The notes under the pieces are model-generated. The model was not told the DNA's origin. It did not search any database and saw nothing but the letters and a program-made list of their open reading frames with translations. DNA of 64,000 bases from a virus (Duplodnaviria; Heunggongvirae; Uroviricota; Caudoviricetes), in the IMG/VR virus record IMGVR_UViG_3300029142_000001, positions 1 through 64,000 of that record. One strand, 5' to 3'. This document shows positions 1 to 10,342 of this stretch, in pieces (within the stretch, counting starts at the first letter, position 1; each line of letters starts with the position of its first letter). Position numbers and translations under genes: made by a program.

Positions 1-652
1 AAATAATTATGACAAAAATATGTTACTGGTTTTTTAAGAAAAGTTGCCATTTCTACAACATATCTATCTTCTGTAATAACCTCTTTACAATTACTAATTC
101 TTGCTGCCATTTCATGATATGAATCACACATATTTATAATGTTAAGATTATCTATTGAATTACAAAATTCTTCATATTCTTTCAATAAAGGATTCATTTC
201 AATTGTAGAAAGAACATAACCATCATCCGTGAAAGAATAATATTGTCCTAGATTATCTAAAAGAGGATTACCAGAATTTTTTACAAGACTAATATCTATA
301 TTTTCAAGGAAAAGATTATTTTGTGAATCGGTTGTTGAGCAAAAATGATAAGAACACATTTGAGTTATTGCTCTTCGAAATCTTTCGTTTAAATCATGAT
401 CATTAAATGTTCTGTATCCCGCATCAATTTGAATAATTGGTATTCCATATGTGTGAGCATCAATACATCTTTGAAGAGACTGAATCCCTTCACCCTGGAG
501 AATTAATACAGATTCAGGATCATAATATTTTCTTAGCTTATAAGAAGGATCACAAGAAATGAAATCATATCTATCATCTTTTTGTAATTCTTTAGATAAT
601 CTATCTACATAAAATTCATTTTCATATAATATGAATACTTTGATTTTTTCCA
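1..652 (-). CDS. hypothetical protein (N-terminal part; ORF runs off window start)
   Basis: Open minus-strand frame from ATG at 650-652 (MEKIKVFILYENEFYVDRL...) with no stop before position 1; sits in a glycosyltransferase neighbourhood. Confidence 0.4.
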
Positions 653-661
653 TATAAATCC

Positions 662-1480
662 TTAAAAATAACATCTTCCATCAATAGGACTGAATGGACC
701 ATTTACTTGCCGAGAAGGTCTAATCCAATCTTCATTGTTAAAATCTCTGTGTTCCCATCTTTTACCCATGACTCCAAATAATAATTGAAGTGGACCACCC
801 ATATGAATTGCTGAAGTTTTCATTTCAGTTTTAACCCAGGATGCAAGAGGCAAACCAATAGCTCCGCAACCAATCAATACCAAATCGATATTATGGAGAT
901 TCATCAATTCATTCTGAAGTCTTTTATTTTCTTCATCCCATGACAAATACCCATTTTCTGGATCAATAATTTGAGAATAATTAGATTCAATAAACTGAAA
1001 ATCCGCTCTTTGTGGAAACCAATCTTGATTGTCCCAAAAAGAAAAACGATCCATTTGATACTTGTAATCATCAACAAACGGACTTACAATAGCAATTTTT
1101 TTATCTGATAAAGATCGAGTCCAGATAGGATTTGGATCGAAAGCACCTAAGTCAATAAGTTTTCTATCTGAAGATGCATATCTTTCATCTAATACATTTT
1201 CGAAAGGAATATTAGTCCACAAACAAAGAGCATCTATATGACTTAACCCATTCAAATAATATTTACAAAATTTAACGAAAGATTCTTCGTGTAATGGATG
1301 AATTCCAGCAGATCCTGTTATTTGATATTCAATATTTCCAGTTAAAGGAATCGGATGCATTTTTTCAGTTAAAGGATTATACAATTTATTTATCGCATGT
1401 AATTCAGTAGCTCCAATTTTTCCAGCAGCAAAGGGAGTATTAGATTCAATCAATTGTTTTAGTAATTCAGGACCGTACAT
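662..1480 (-). CDS. hypothetical protein, possibly glycan-biosynthesis associated
   Basis: 272-aa ORF tightly packed with two glycosyltransferases; no decisive motif recognised. Confidence 0.4.
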   Translation of the reverse strand: MYGPELLKQLIESNTPFAAGKIGATELHAINKLYNPLTEKMHPIPLTGNIEYQITGSAGIHPLHEESFVKFCKYYLNGLSHIDALCLWTNIPFENVLDERYASSDRKLIDLGAFDPNPIWTRSLSDKKIAIVSPFVDDYKYQMDRFSFWDNQDWFPQRADFQFIESNYSQIIDPENGYLSWDEENKRLQNELMNLHNIDLVLIGCGAIGLPLASWVKTEMKTSAIHMGGPLQLLFGVMGKRWEHRDFNNEDWIRPSRQVNGPFSPIDGRCYF

Positions 1481-2288
1481 AACCAGATTCCTTCACGATT
1501 TCTAAAGTAGTATCAAAAGATCCTTTTGAAGAACAATTCTTTTTATACCATTCATAATTATTTTGTTGAATAGATTCTAAAATATCATCAGAAGTATTAT
1601 AGATACCTTCAATATCATCCTCTGTTTCCATACGAAGGAAGTTTACTCCTTCTTCCCACTCATTCCAATAGTCTGTCGCAACTCCAGGAGTAACAACAGG
1701 AATCGCACCTAAAGCAGTTGCTTCGATATCTCGATTACACTTCGGACCATATCCTGGAAGAAGGAAAGCAAATTTAGTGATACTCATATTATAGAGATAG
1801 TCTTGGGGCGTGTATGGATATGGTGTCTGGGCACCTTTAACTACGGCAAAATTTTGAATATGTTTAGTCCAATCGATTTTCGTTTGAAATCTATTTTTGA
1901 ACTGAGTTTCATTTTCTACTTTACCAACAAACATGGATTTCCACATTCTGTATCGCGGAAGAACTTTTTTCATAGTTAAAACAGCTTGTTCTAGTAAATG
2001 CGGATTTCGAGCCCATAAAATCCAAGGATATGCATTATCGATATCTTGGGGAACTTGATTTCCAAAAAGCCCAATTTTAAATTCTGGAAGACCGCCAAAA
2101 TCAGTTACAAGATCATAATCATACAGAAGAATTTCTCCATGATCATCCATCCAAACATACCGATCAGGAGATTCTAAAACATCAACAAATCCATCCCTAT
2201 GCCATAGCTTAATGATTTCTCTAAAGCTATCTCCTTTATGTCCCCATGCATCATTTGGGTAATATACAGTTCGTTTCATACAATCCAT
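1467..2288 (-). CDS. glycosyltransferase, GT-B fold (GT1/GT4-like)
   Basis: C-terminal LLPGYGPKCNRDIEATALGAIPVV resembles the E-x7-E / EAxAxGxPVI sugar-donor binding motif of GT-B enzymes. Confidence 0.5.
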   Translation of the reverse strand: MDCMKRTVYYPNDAWGHKGDSFREIIKLWHRDGFVDVLESPDRYVWMDDHGEILLYDYDLVTDFGGLPEFKIGLFGNQVPQDIDNAYPWILWARNPHLLEQAVLTMKKVLPRYRMWKSMFVGKVENETQFKNRFQTKIDWTKHIQNFAVVKGAQTPYPYTPQDYLYNMSITKFAFLLPGYGPKCNRDIEATALGAIPVVTPGVATDYWNEWEEGVNFLRMETEDDIEGIYNTSDDILESIQQNNYEWYKKNCSSKGSFDTTLEIVKESGYVRS

Positions 2289-2959
2289 GCTCCAGCATTT
2301 TTTAGTGCATTAACTTTTGTCTCATAACCAATCATATAATTGGCATGTATCAGGTATTTATTGGGACATTCATTACCCTCATTGAAGAAAGTATTTCCAT
2401 TCGGAAAAAGTTCTTGGGGAAGTGTCACAACAGGAATTCGAGTTTCAACACAATAACGAATGAATCGTAACTGATCATCAAAAATTCCATCTGTATCTGG
2501 ATTATAATCATTGACCATATCAATGACTCTGTAGGATGCTTCAGATGGTCTCAGACCTAAGAATCCGGTACAGATAGCTGTATGGGGAGGATCAGTCTGG
2601 CAGACCACATCAGCGACTTCTAACTCCCCCTCAATATATGGAACAGGATCCTGAAAATAGAAGAGATCACTATCACAGAAAATCACATCACCATATTTTT
2701 CCATCTGTTCTTTGATAATGAAAAACTTATTCTGAATCAGATCTCGATAATCCAGAGTTCCCCAATCCATTGCTTCAGAGTTACATTTTTTGTAATCTAT
2801 AACGATACACTCATGACCCTCTGATTCTAATGCATCTTTTGATTCAATATCCATACAGAAAATCGTAATAGGAGTATAGGAGTTCACTTTACGAAAACTT
2901 CGAACCATATTACGACACATCTCAGTATGACCAAAATTAGTGTATGTGATTAATTTCAT
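2276..2959 (-). CDS. nucleotide-diphospho-sugar transferase, GT-A fold (PF03407-like)
   Basis: DxD motif (FCDSDLFYF) and C-terminal LIHANYMIGYETKVNALKNAGAW typical of the Nucleotid_trans family. Confidence 0.5.
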   Translation of the reverse strand: MKLITYTNFGHTEMCRNMVRSFRKVNSYTPITIFCMDIESKDALESEGHECIVIDYKKCNSEAMDWGTLDYRDLIQNKFFIIKEQMEKYGDVIFCDSDLFYFQDPVPYIEGELEVADVVCQTDPPHTAICTGFLGLRPSEASYRVIDMVNDYNPDTDGIFDDQLRFIRYCVETRIPVVTLPQELFPNGNTFFNEGNECPNKYLIHANYMIGYETKVNALKNAGAWIV

Positions 2960-3675
2960 TCTTTATCATCCATATCAATATATTCTAGAATTTGCTCTTC
3001 AATATCATCACCAGAAAATATTTTCATGATTTGATAACCAGCATCACAAAGATTTCCACCGCAATCAATATCATCCACTAAAACAATTTCATTTTCTTTT
3101 GAAATACGAACATTATATGTGGATTCAGAATTTAATGTTTTTTTATAATCCAATAAAAGATTTCGGTAAAAATCTAATGTAAAATCAGTATCAGTATATA
3201 CTCTCCCATCAGAGACTGTCCATAGACCATATTTAAAAGTACAATCTCCATAAACTTTAGCCAATACATTAGTTCTTTTTGAACTAAGAGATTCTTCATA
3301 CAATGAAGAAATATATTCTAAAATTTCTTTACCAATATTATCAGAAAGATCAAAACTTGTAATATATTCTCTATCATCAGGACAACAACCGCAATGAGAA
3401 GGAATATGTTCATAAAATTCGATCTCTTTACTATCAATCTCCATTACAATATTGCCATTATTTAATTGGGTCATAAGCTTAATGGCATCAATATTTGAAA
3501 TATGAATTATTCTTTCTCCATCAGGAAGAATCCAAAAATACTCTGTGTATTCATCTACAACATATTCAACATTAGATCTAATTTTTTTTTCTTCTTTATA
3601 TTGTACATCTTCCCCGTATATAAATTTTAAAGCACGAGTGATAGTCTCATTTTTTTCAGATTTAATTGCGATCAT
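2956..3675 (-). CDS. hypothetical protein
   Basis: 239-aa ORF, 4-bp overlap coupling with neighbours. Confidence 0.5.
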   Translation of the reverse strand: MIAIKSEKNETITRALKFIYGEDVQYKEEKKIRSNVEYVVDEYTEYFWILPDGERIIHISNIDAIKLMTQLNNGNIVMEIDSKEIEFYEHIPSHCGCCPDDREYITSFDLSDNIGKEILEYISSLYEESLSSKRTNVLAKVYGDCTFKYGLWTVSDGRVYTDTDFTLDFYRNLLLDYKKTLNSESTYNVRISKENEIVLVDDIDCGGNLCDAGYQIMKIFSGDDIEEQILEYIDMDDKE

Positions 3676-3901
3676 CTTTTAATTCCTTGCATTTTTCTTG
3701 ACTACACGGACAACTTATAGATCCCCAAACACAAAAACATGTTTTACATGTTACTCCAGTTCCATCAAAATATCCTTTTGATCCGCATGGAAGATTAATA
3801 CCTTTATGACTATCTCCATCATCATATTTTAATCTTATTTCATCCATAATGAATTTCTCAGAAACAAGTAGAACATAGTACACCGGGTTGTAGCTGATCA
3901 A
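3662..3901 (-). CDS. small cysteine-rich protein (zinc-ribbon-like)
   Basis: CGSKGYFDGTGVTCKTCFCVWGSISCPCSQEKC cysteine cluster. Confidence 0.4.
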   Translation of the reverse strand: MISYNPVYYVLLVSEKFIMDEIRLKYDDGDSHKGINLPCGSKGYFDGTGVTCKTCFCVWGSISCPCSQEKCKELKDDRN

Positions 3902-4151
3902 ATAATCTAACAGGTATTTCTACAAATATTTGTGTTCCCATTGGATATCCTGGGCCATATCGCAAATCACAATCTTCAGTAACATTAATTTTTACTGGTT
4001 CATTCCATTCCGTAATTTCGTACCCTTCATATTCTTCTTTGTATTCATTTAATGTAAAATCAAAACAATCACAATGAATTCTAAGAGCATGATCTTCGCT
4101 TTCTGCTACTACATGATGAATCTCACCATCATCAATCTGATACACTTTCAT
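3858..4151 (-). CDS. hypothetical protein
   Basis: Internal Met (MKVYQ) preceded by AAGGAG RBS; the longer ORF to 4178 would overlap the terminator hairpin. Confidence 0.45.
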   Translation of the reverse strand: MKVYQIDDGEIHHVVAESEDHALRIHCDCFDFTLNEYKEEYEGYEITEWNEPVKINVTEDCDLRYGPGYPMGTQIFVEIPVRLFDQLQPGVLCSTCF

Positions 4152-4159
4152 TATACACT

Positions 4160-4203
4160 CCTTAAAATAAAAACGCAATACTCTTTTTCAAAAGTATTGC
4201 GTT
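4160..4203 (-). terminator. rho-independent terminator downstream of SPFH gene
   Basis: 10-bp stem aacgcaatac/gtattgcgtt with A-run on plus (T-run on minus) after the hairpin. Confidence 0.5.
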
Positions 4204-4208
4204 GAATG

Positions 4209-5210
4209 TTATTCACTTGGCGGGGTGCTTGGGATTTGAATTAAAGTTCCTGCTCCGCTTCCATCTCCACCGTTCATCATTTCAACAGATGGACGGACAC
4301 CATTCCATTTTTCAATCCATTGCTGGAATGCCTGAATTCTCAATAGTTCAATATAATCCGATCCTGACTGAACAGCCTGCTCGATTTCATATCGACGAGC
4401 ATCTGCTTGAAGTTGTGCAACATGCTTTGCAGCTTCTGCTCTTTCAATATCAGTTGCGTTACGAATGGTCTGTGCTTCCTGCTCTGCAAGTGCAGATGCC
4501 TTGTCCTGTTGTGCTTCCACAACTCGATCAATTGCTCTCTGAATTTCTGTAGATTCATAAGCGAATCCAGACCCCATACCAATCGTGGTAATAGTAATTC
4601 CTCTTTCGGCAAAGTATGGAATTGTATTATCTCGAACCGTGGTCATGATTTGATTTTTCATAGTTCGAAGAATATCCATATCATATTCAGCACACTGTCT
4701 AGCCAATTGATCCTGAATGAATGCTCTCACTTCGGTATCCAGAACACCATCCAATCGATCATTTCCTTCCATAGACGGATACAAGTAAAGGAATTGAGGA
4801 ACATCTTCTGGATTAATCTGTGCTACGATTGTAATATCAATCGAAAATCCTACGGAATCTCTTGATTCAACCCAAATTGAATTTGCGTTTCCTGCTTCCC
4901 AATCACGAGTCTTCGGGGCACGATCGACTACGATAACTCGAACAGTATCAATATAATCTCCAGAGAACCAAAGATATCCATCTTTCTTCCATCGGCGAGG
5001 AACTTGAATTCTTCGAGCCGCTACCTTACTTTGACGAAGGAATGCAACGGATTCAAACGAATCCTGTGCAAGACTATCTCCCTCAAGGGGAATTACAAAT
5101 GCCGTTTCATTTGATCCGATTTCAACATATTTCGGTTCATTAAACTTCCTACAGCCGATCATAGTCAGTGCAAGAAAAATCAACATCGAAATCATCATAT
5201 ATTTTTTCAT
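4209..5210 (-). CDS. SPFH/band-7 (prohibitin/HflC-like) domain lipoprotein
   Basis: Signal peptide with lipobox (LTMIGC), SPFH-like core, C-terminal coiled-coil AEQEAQTIRNATDIERAEAAKHVAQLQADARRYEIEQ. Confidence 0.65.
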   Translation of the reverse strand: MKKYMMISMLIFLALTMIGCRKFNEPKYVEIGSNETAFVIPLEGDSLAQDSFESVAFLRQSKVAARRIQVPRRWKKDGYLWFSGDYIDTVRVIVVDRAPKTRDWEAGNANSIWVESRDSVGFSIDITIVAQINPEDVPQFLYLYPSMEGNDRLDGVLDTEVRAFIQDQLARQCAEYDMDILRTMKNQIMTTVRDNTIPYFAERGITITTIGMGSGFAYESTEIQRAIDRVVEAQQDKASALAEQEAQTIRNATDIERAEAAKHVAQLQADARRYEIEQAVQSGSDYIELLRIQAFQQWIEKWNGVRPSVEMMNGGDGSGAGTLIQIPSTPPSE

Positions 5211-5239
5211 TTTAAAATTAACTCCTAATTACCTTTAAA

Positions 5240-5794
5240 TTAAACCATTTCTTCGCGGAGACTTTTTTCTAATTCTTCCATACTCAAATTAGCCCATTCT
5301 AAAAAACTATACGATTCATGTAATGCAATCGGATAATATGGATCTATTTTAGAGTTAGGATCTTTTAATTGTTCTTTATAAAAATCTAAAATTTCTAAAT
5401 CAGAATATCTTCCTTTCGTATGTGGTTTTTCTTGAAACCCACGATAAAATTCAACCTGTTCAGTATCAAAATTGATGATATATCCGTATTCACAAAAACA
5501 AGAATCACGAACAAATTCATTTTCAAAAATCATTCTTGTTTCTTCTCCATTCATCCATAGAATGGGTTCTCTTGATACTCTTCTAATTTCATCATAATGA
5601 GAATCTCTTTCAACACCCTTTAGATTTGCAATTCTTTCTCGTACAACAGAATAATCTAATGGATGATTTACAAGAAGCCATTGAATCGCGGCTTTTACAC
5701 CTTCACCTAAAAAATCTGGATATGAATCAAAATGATTATAAGATAAATAATCTTTTTCATTAACTCTAAATCCAACAATTCCTCTTGTTCCCAT
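5240..5794 (-). CDS. hypothetical protein
   Basis: 184-aa ORF. Confidence 0.5.
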   Translation of the reverse strand: MGTRGIVGFRVNEKDYLSYNHFDSYPDFLGEGVKAAIQWLLVNHPLDYSVVRERIANLKGVERDSHYDEIRRVSREPILWMNGEETRMIFENEFVRDSCFCEYGYIINFDTEQVEFYRGFQEKPHTKGRYSDLEILDFYKEQLKDPNSKIDPYYPIALHESYSFLEWANLSMEELEKSLREEMV

Positions 5795-5798
5795 TTTA

Positions 5799-6080
5799 TT
5801 ATTCCTTATCTAATGGGATTGGAAACGGAGATGTTCCATCTTCAAGACCCAAAGCTTTTTTTGCATCATCCCATAATGCAGTTTCATCAACATTTCTATC
5901 ACATGTCCAATGCCCTGCATTATACAGGTTCAAAAGAGCATTTTCAAGTTCTGCATTGAGAGATAAAACTCTTTGAAGAACTTTTAATACTGATACATCA
6001 CTATTATCCATTTGTAGAAGTATCCCTTCTTCGAATTCCTCTGATAAGAACAATAACACCACCAGCATTAAGAATAGCAC
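5799..6080 (-). CDS. hypothetical protein
   Basis: 93-aa ORF, overlaps next ORF in a different frame. Confidence 0.3.
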   Translation of the reverse strand: MLFLMLVVLLFLSEEFEEGILLQMDNSDVSVLKVLQRVLSLNAELENALLNLYNAGHWTCDRNVDETALWDDAKKALGLEDGTSPFPIPLDKE

Positions 6081-6276
6081 CGGTAAAAATAATGTTTCCT
6101 CTTACTTGTTCATATCTAACCATATCTCTACTTGCACTTGGAGAATTCAAAGCCAGAACAGCTTGATCATCCATAACATCAGCTTCAATCATATTGTAGC
6201 CAGTTAAAGTTGCTCCAGCAATCAAGAGAACAAGAAGAATTCTCCACAACGATACTTTATATTGTCCAAATTTCAT
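6004..6276 (-). CDS. small membrane protein
   Basis: Two hydrophobic segments (ILLVLLIAGATLTGY, IFTGAILNAGGVIVLI). Confidence 0.4.
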   Translation of the reverse strand: MKFGQYKVSLWRILLVLLIAGATLTGYNMIEADVMDDQAVLALNSPSASRDMVRYEQVRGNIIFTGAILNAGGVIVLIRGIRRRDTSTNG

Positions 6277-6791
6277 TAAAGTCCTTTCGATTCTAAATAT
6301 TCTTCAAAAATTCCCAAACTATCATAGTGTACAACATATGGAGTAACATGATGCTTTTCACATAATTCTTTATATTCGGCCATCATTTCACGATAAAAAG
6401 ATTCAAAAGATTCAACATCATCGATACTCCACCAATTACTATAAATATGATGAGTTCTAACTACAAGATTATAGAAAATTCTTCCGGAATCGATATACAT
6501 TCCGATGCCATTGCTCTTGTCTCCCATAAGATATTCACCAGTACCAACTCTTTCCCATTCTAATTCTGGTTCTAATTCATTTTCAGTTGAATCAATGTTC
6601 TCTAAAATATTTAAAATAGTAGTAACAACTGATTCAATATTTACACCGGCAGCAAACATCGCAGACTTATTTTGCAATGCATGAGAAATAGGATTATTAT
6701 GAGTAACTTTTCCTCCACCAAACGAAGGAAATTTTTCGGAAAGTTCTTTTACAATACTTCCAATATGTACATCACTAACTTCAACTAACAT
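6276..6791 (-). CDS. hypothetical protein
   Basis: 171-aa ORF. Confidence 0.5.
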   Translation of the reverse strand: MLVEVSDVHIGSIVKELSEKFPSFGGGKVTHNNPISHALQNKSAMFAAGVNIESVVTTILNILENIDSTENELEPELEWERVGTGEYLMGDKSNGIGMYIDSGRIFYNLVVRTHHIYSNWWSIDDVESFESFYREMMAEYKELCEKHHVTPYVVHYDSLGIFEEYLESKGL

Positions 6792-7059
6792 TATAATTTC
6801 CTTTTCCTCTTTGAATGGTTCTATACTGAGCCAATCTTTTTGAATACTTTAATTGGTATTTTGTCTTAGGAGTTCCCAGTGTCATAATTCCACTGATCCC
6901 ATCAACAAATGCTCCAATCGAACACATGATTTTGAAAAATCTAAGATTGAGATTCATCATATTTCTCCAATTGAAATCCGCAAATTTCACACGAGATGAT
7001 TGTTGTGGGATCATTATGATCCACTGATCTTTCAATAACAACCTCACTTTTACAATCAC
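6781..7059 (-). CDS. hypothetical protein
   Basis: 92-aa ORF. Confidence 0.3.
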   Translation of the reverse strand: MIVKVRLLLKDQWIIMIPQQSSRVKFADFNWRNMMNLNLRFFKIMCSIGAFVDGISGIMTLGTPKTKYQLKYSKRLAQYRTIQRGKGNYNVS

Positions 7060-7095
7060 AAGATGGACAATAATCTTCGTAAATCATATCATACC

Positions 7096-7602
7096 TTACT
7101 TAAATGGTTCATCAAGAATCAAATTCATGTATCGTTTAATCTTCTTACCAACAGCTTGCTTCATGGTAAAACCAAACTTTTCTGGAGCGGTCTGAGTGAC
7201 CCACTCTCGAAAGTTCGTTCCCATTTCTGTAGAACGAGCCCACCAATCGGCAACCATTTCAGCAAGATAGATATCGGGCATCTTATCAATACCACCCCAA
7301 TATTCTGGATGATGAGAATTAGATTTTTGATGATTCAAAATTGCATAAGGAATTGCATCCTTATTTTCTGAATCTCGACACCCGATTGCTTCCCATTCAA
7401 TTCCACGAAATTTACTCTGATCATGAATAAATGAATTTGCAATAAGAGTTCGGCCAAATTCACTTTCACCTTCTTCGATGAGAGCTTCGCCCATTCGAAT
7501 ACATGCATTCTGTACATTCTGAATATGGCGTGTCAATTCTCTTAACTTTTTCAAATCAATAAGAACATCTTCCGCAGCGATTTTAGGTGTTTCGGTGGTC
7601 AT
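7096..7602 (-). CDS. putative HD-domain phosphohydrolase
   Basis: H...HD...H...HH...D pattern (TRHIQ, SFIHDQ, NHQ, HHPEYW, VAD) reminiscent of YfbR-like HD hydrolases. Confidence 0.35.
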   Translation of the reverse strand: MTTETPKIAAEDVLIDLKKLRELTRHIQNVQNACIRMGEALIEEGESEFGRTLIANSFIHDQSKFRGIEWEAIGCRDSENKDAIPYAILNHQKSNSHHPEYWGGIDKMPDIYLAEMVADWWARSTEMGTNFREWVTQTAPEKFGFTMKQAVGKKIKRYMNLILDEPFK

Positions 7603-7634
7603 TATTACTCCTATACATGGAGATATATGTATGG

Positions 7635-7976
7635 TTATGAATTTTCGATTTCGTTGGATTGATTACACATCAGATCATGAACAACCTGAATCAAAGTCAA
7701 ATGAGTTTCCTGTCGGAAAAATGAAAAATCACGACCATCAGTAGAACAAACTTCAGTAGAACAAACTTCAGGATTAAAAATCACTGGACATTTATTCATT
7801 CGTCCCATAGCAATTTGAGTCCCAAGATCTTTTTGGAAAGTATCAGAAGGATTGCATTGGGACCAGCCAACATGGACATGATCCCCGACACTTTGGGCAA
7901 CAATAACTCCAAAAGGACGACCCCGACCTTGACTATTCGAACCTGCTTGTTCCCGAACATAACGCTTAATCATCAT
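7635..7976 (-). CDS. hypothetical protein
   Basis: 113-aa ORF; contains a 15-bp tandem duplication (EVCST EVCST). Confidence 0.4.
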   Translation of the reverse strand: MMIKRYVREQAGSNSQGRGRPFGVIVAQSVGDHVHVGWSQCNPSDTFQKDLGTQIAMGRMNKCPVIFNPEVCSTEVCSTDGRDFSFFRQETHLTLIQVVHDLMCNQSNEIENS

Positions 7977-8038
7977 TTATCCTTTCATGTGAGAGGGTAC
8001 ATTCCTCTTTATAGAGTATATGCATAAAATTTTGAAAG

Positions 8039-8614
8039 TCAAGTGACTTTTTTATCTTTTTTAAGCAATTTTAAAACCTCAAGTGCCACTTCACTCGGAT
8101 CAAATAAACTATAAAATTTATATGAAAGTCCTATTTGATCATAACAATAATCTTCCGAGAAAAGATCTTTCCACATTTTTTCACGAATTAACCATTCTTT
8201 TTCTGCTTCCACATATTCTTCGGAGGTAATTTTTTTATCTTGAAGAGCATACGCAAACCAAGGATCAGATTGATTTTGATAATGCCAATCTGAAAATCTA
8301 TCATCAATAAATTTTGGTGCGTTAGAATCTATAAAAGTAGCACAGAAAATTTCATTATTATAAAATATAATTGTACAAGATGCCTTTATATCAAAATAAT
8401 CACCCCAAGAATTGTAGTTTTTATCTGTTTCTTCCTTAATAGATTCATAAATTTTTACATAGTCCATTGATGATTTAAGATCATATTTTAAAATTTTATC
8501 ATGGATATCATCTATCTTATACTGAATCCACTTCTTTCTGTATTGTTTCATATAGTCCATTAATTCTTCAATGGTTCCATCAAATTTATAGACATTTAAA
8601 ATTTTCATACTCAT
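8039..8614 (-). CDS. hypothetical protein
   Basis: 191-aa ORF. Confidence 0.5.
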   Translation of the reverse strand: MSMKILNVYKFDGTIEELMDYMKQYRKKWIQYKIDDIHDKILKYDLKSSMDYVKIYESIKEETDKNYNSWGDYFDIKASCTIIFYNNEIFCATFIDSNAPKFIDDRFSDWHYQNQSDPWFAYALQDKKITSEEYVEAEKEWLIREKMWKDLFSEDYCYDQIGLSYKFYSLFDPSEVALEVLKLLKKDKKVT

Positions 8615-8629
8615 AATAAAATAAATTCC

Positions 8630-8947
8630 TTAAATTGGTAATTCGTTGGAATGGTCTTTTTTAATCATTCTTTTTGAAATTGCTTCTGCTTCAATCTTAT
8701 CTCGAATGGGACCAGAAATCATAGACGAAACAGCTTCTGGTTCAATCTCGTGAATCTCACACATATCAATAATTGTTTCAATATACTGTGGAGATTTTCC
8801 ATCTGTTGCAGATTGTACTAGACGAGCTTCAAGCTCCTGAATGAATTCTCGCCTAAAAGATGGATCGAGATGTTTCGTTTGTAATACCATTCCGTTTTCT
8901 AGCATTTTTAGTCCTTTAAAAAAACAATCTCCACGCCTTTTAGACAT
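8630..8947 (-). CDS. hypothetical protein
   Basis: 105-aa ORF. Confidence 0.45.
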   Translation of the reverse strand: MSKRRGDCFFKGLKMLENGMVLQTKHLDPSFRREFIQELEARLVQSATDGKSPQYIETIIDMCEIHEIEPEAVSSMISGPIRDKIEAEAISKRMIKKDHSNELPI

Positions 8948-8959
8948 GGAGATCTTAAA

Positions 8960-9361
8960 TTAAAATTGATACTCTTCAAATAAGTCCATGATATCTGTCG
9001 GGATATCTTCTGGGTTTTTGGTTGCTCTGGCTATTGCTCTTTCCATTTCGTGCTGAGTCAATGCATAAGTATGATAACCGTGTTCATTCACATCTGGTAG
9101 ATTACCATTTGCTGGTTTGACAATTCCCACATAATAAAATTTGTTTGCGGAAGTTTTACGATCATCGTTGCTCACAAAATAGGTCACACCACATACATAT
9201 TCACGAATTCTTCGTTTACGCATTTGTTCTACAGCATCTTGATCTACTTCTAGACTATCATCTTTAAAATCATGATCTCGCGTAAGAGAAATTGCAAAAC
9301 CTAAAAACAATCCATAAACGCATTCACAAAATTTAAGTAACCATATTCTCATCGTATTCAT
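8960..9361 (-). CDS. hypothetical protein
   Basis: 133-aa ORF. Confidence 0.45.
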   Translation of the reverse strand: MNTMRIWLLKFCECVYGLFLGFAISLTRDHDFKDDSLEVDQDAVEQMRKRRIREYVCGVTYFVSNDDRKTSANKFYYVGIVKPANGNLPDVNEHGYHTYALTQHEMERAIARATKNPEDIPTDIMDLFEEYQF

Positions 9362-10053
9362 ACTAAAATCTCCATATTATTTAATTGCCTAAATTGTCGA
9401 ATCGTTTTCAATAATTGAGGAACATAATCCATAGATTTTTGTCGAAAAATTTGACAAAATCCAGCCTCATTCCCCATGATTATAACGGTATCATCTATTC
9501 TTTGTCCAGTCATTTCTTCCCACATGATTGCATAAGTAGTAGCCTGAAGAAAATAGTTCTCAATCCACTTTTCTTTTTTGATTTTATCGGAACCTTTAAA
9601 ATCGATGATAGAAAGAGTTCCATCGTATTCAGCAACACAGTCCACTCGACCAGCAATTTTTAATGTATGTGAATAAAGAGGAACTTCAAGAGCATGAACA
9701 TTATTAATTTTATGAAGATATGGTTTCATGGAATTCAGAATACTTCGATGATTAACATCTTCTACTTCCGAAAAATCTTCAATATCATTGTTTAAATATC
9801 GTTCAATAGTATCATGAACGATATTTCCTCTGCTAGTTGCCTTTTCAGATTTTGTTTTATTTCCTGGTTGACTTCGCCACTCTTTAAAAAAATCTTGTTT
9901 ACTGAAACCGGTGACGGTCGTAACTGACGGATAATTCACATAGATACTTGGATCATTAGGAGACGGAACGGCGTATGTTCTACTGCCACTATCAAGAGTT
10001 GTTGATTCAATCTCTTCAAAAATAATCGGGGTTTTAACATGAGTAAATTTCAT
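9358..10053 (-). CDS. PD-(D/E)XK nuclease (RecB/Cas4/lambda-exonuclease-like)
   Basis: GRVDCVAEYDG...IIDFKGSDKIKKEKW...YFLQATTYA matches the D / ExK / QxxxY motifs of RecB-family nucleases. Confidence 0.55.
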   Translation of the reverse strand: MKFTHVKTPIIFEEIESTTLDSGSRTYAVPSPNDPSIYVNYPSVTTVTGFSKQDFFKEWRSQPGNKTKSEKATSRGNIVHDTIERYLNNDIEDFSEVEDVNHRSILNSMKPYLHKINNVHALEVPLYSHTLKIAGRVDCVAEYDGTLSIIDFKGSDKIKKEKWIENYFLQATTYAIMWEEMTGQRIDDTVIIMGNEAGFCQIFRQKSMDYVPQLLKTIRQFRQLNNMEILV

Positions 10054-10332
10054 TTAGAATTTTCTATTAAGAGTTGATCCTGGAGTTCCCTCGTGAATTT
10101 TTGCAAGGGTCTCTTTCCATCCATTATCATTTTTCAAACCACTTAGACGAACAGAATCAATAATTGCAAATGTATGTGCCCCTTCGGTTTCTGGAATATA
10201 TTTTTCAATACACCCTACTTTACCACAATGAGGGCATGGTTGGTCATAAACATCCATGACTTCAAATTTATCTTCAAGTTCCATATTCCATTCATGCCCA
10301 CAATCAGTGCAACGAAAATTATATTCTGCCAT
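10054..10332 (-). CDS. zinc-ribbon protein (FmdB-like)
   Basis: CTDCGHEW...CPHCG two CxxC pairs. Confidence 0.45.
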   Translation of the reverse strand: MAEYNFRCTDCGHEWNMELEDKFEVMDVYDQPCPHCGKVGCIEKYIPETEGAHTFAIIDSVRLSGLKNDNGWKETLAKIHEGTPGSTLNRKF

Positions 10333-10342
10333 ATAAATACCT

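Noticed and set aside
1-652. UDP-GlcNAc 2-epimerase call based on GEGIQS and DAGYRTF resembling DSGGIQEE and HVEAGLRT
   Set aside because: The motifs occur in the wrong order and position relative to real epimerases, so the resemblance is probably chance. Left as hypothetical.
4202-4865. Plus-strand ORFs 4202-4552 and 4407-4865
   Set aside because: They lie antisense within the well-supported SPFH lipoprotein gene, lack RBSs, and have low-complexity, Cys/Leu-rich translations typical of antisense artefacts.
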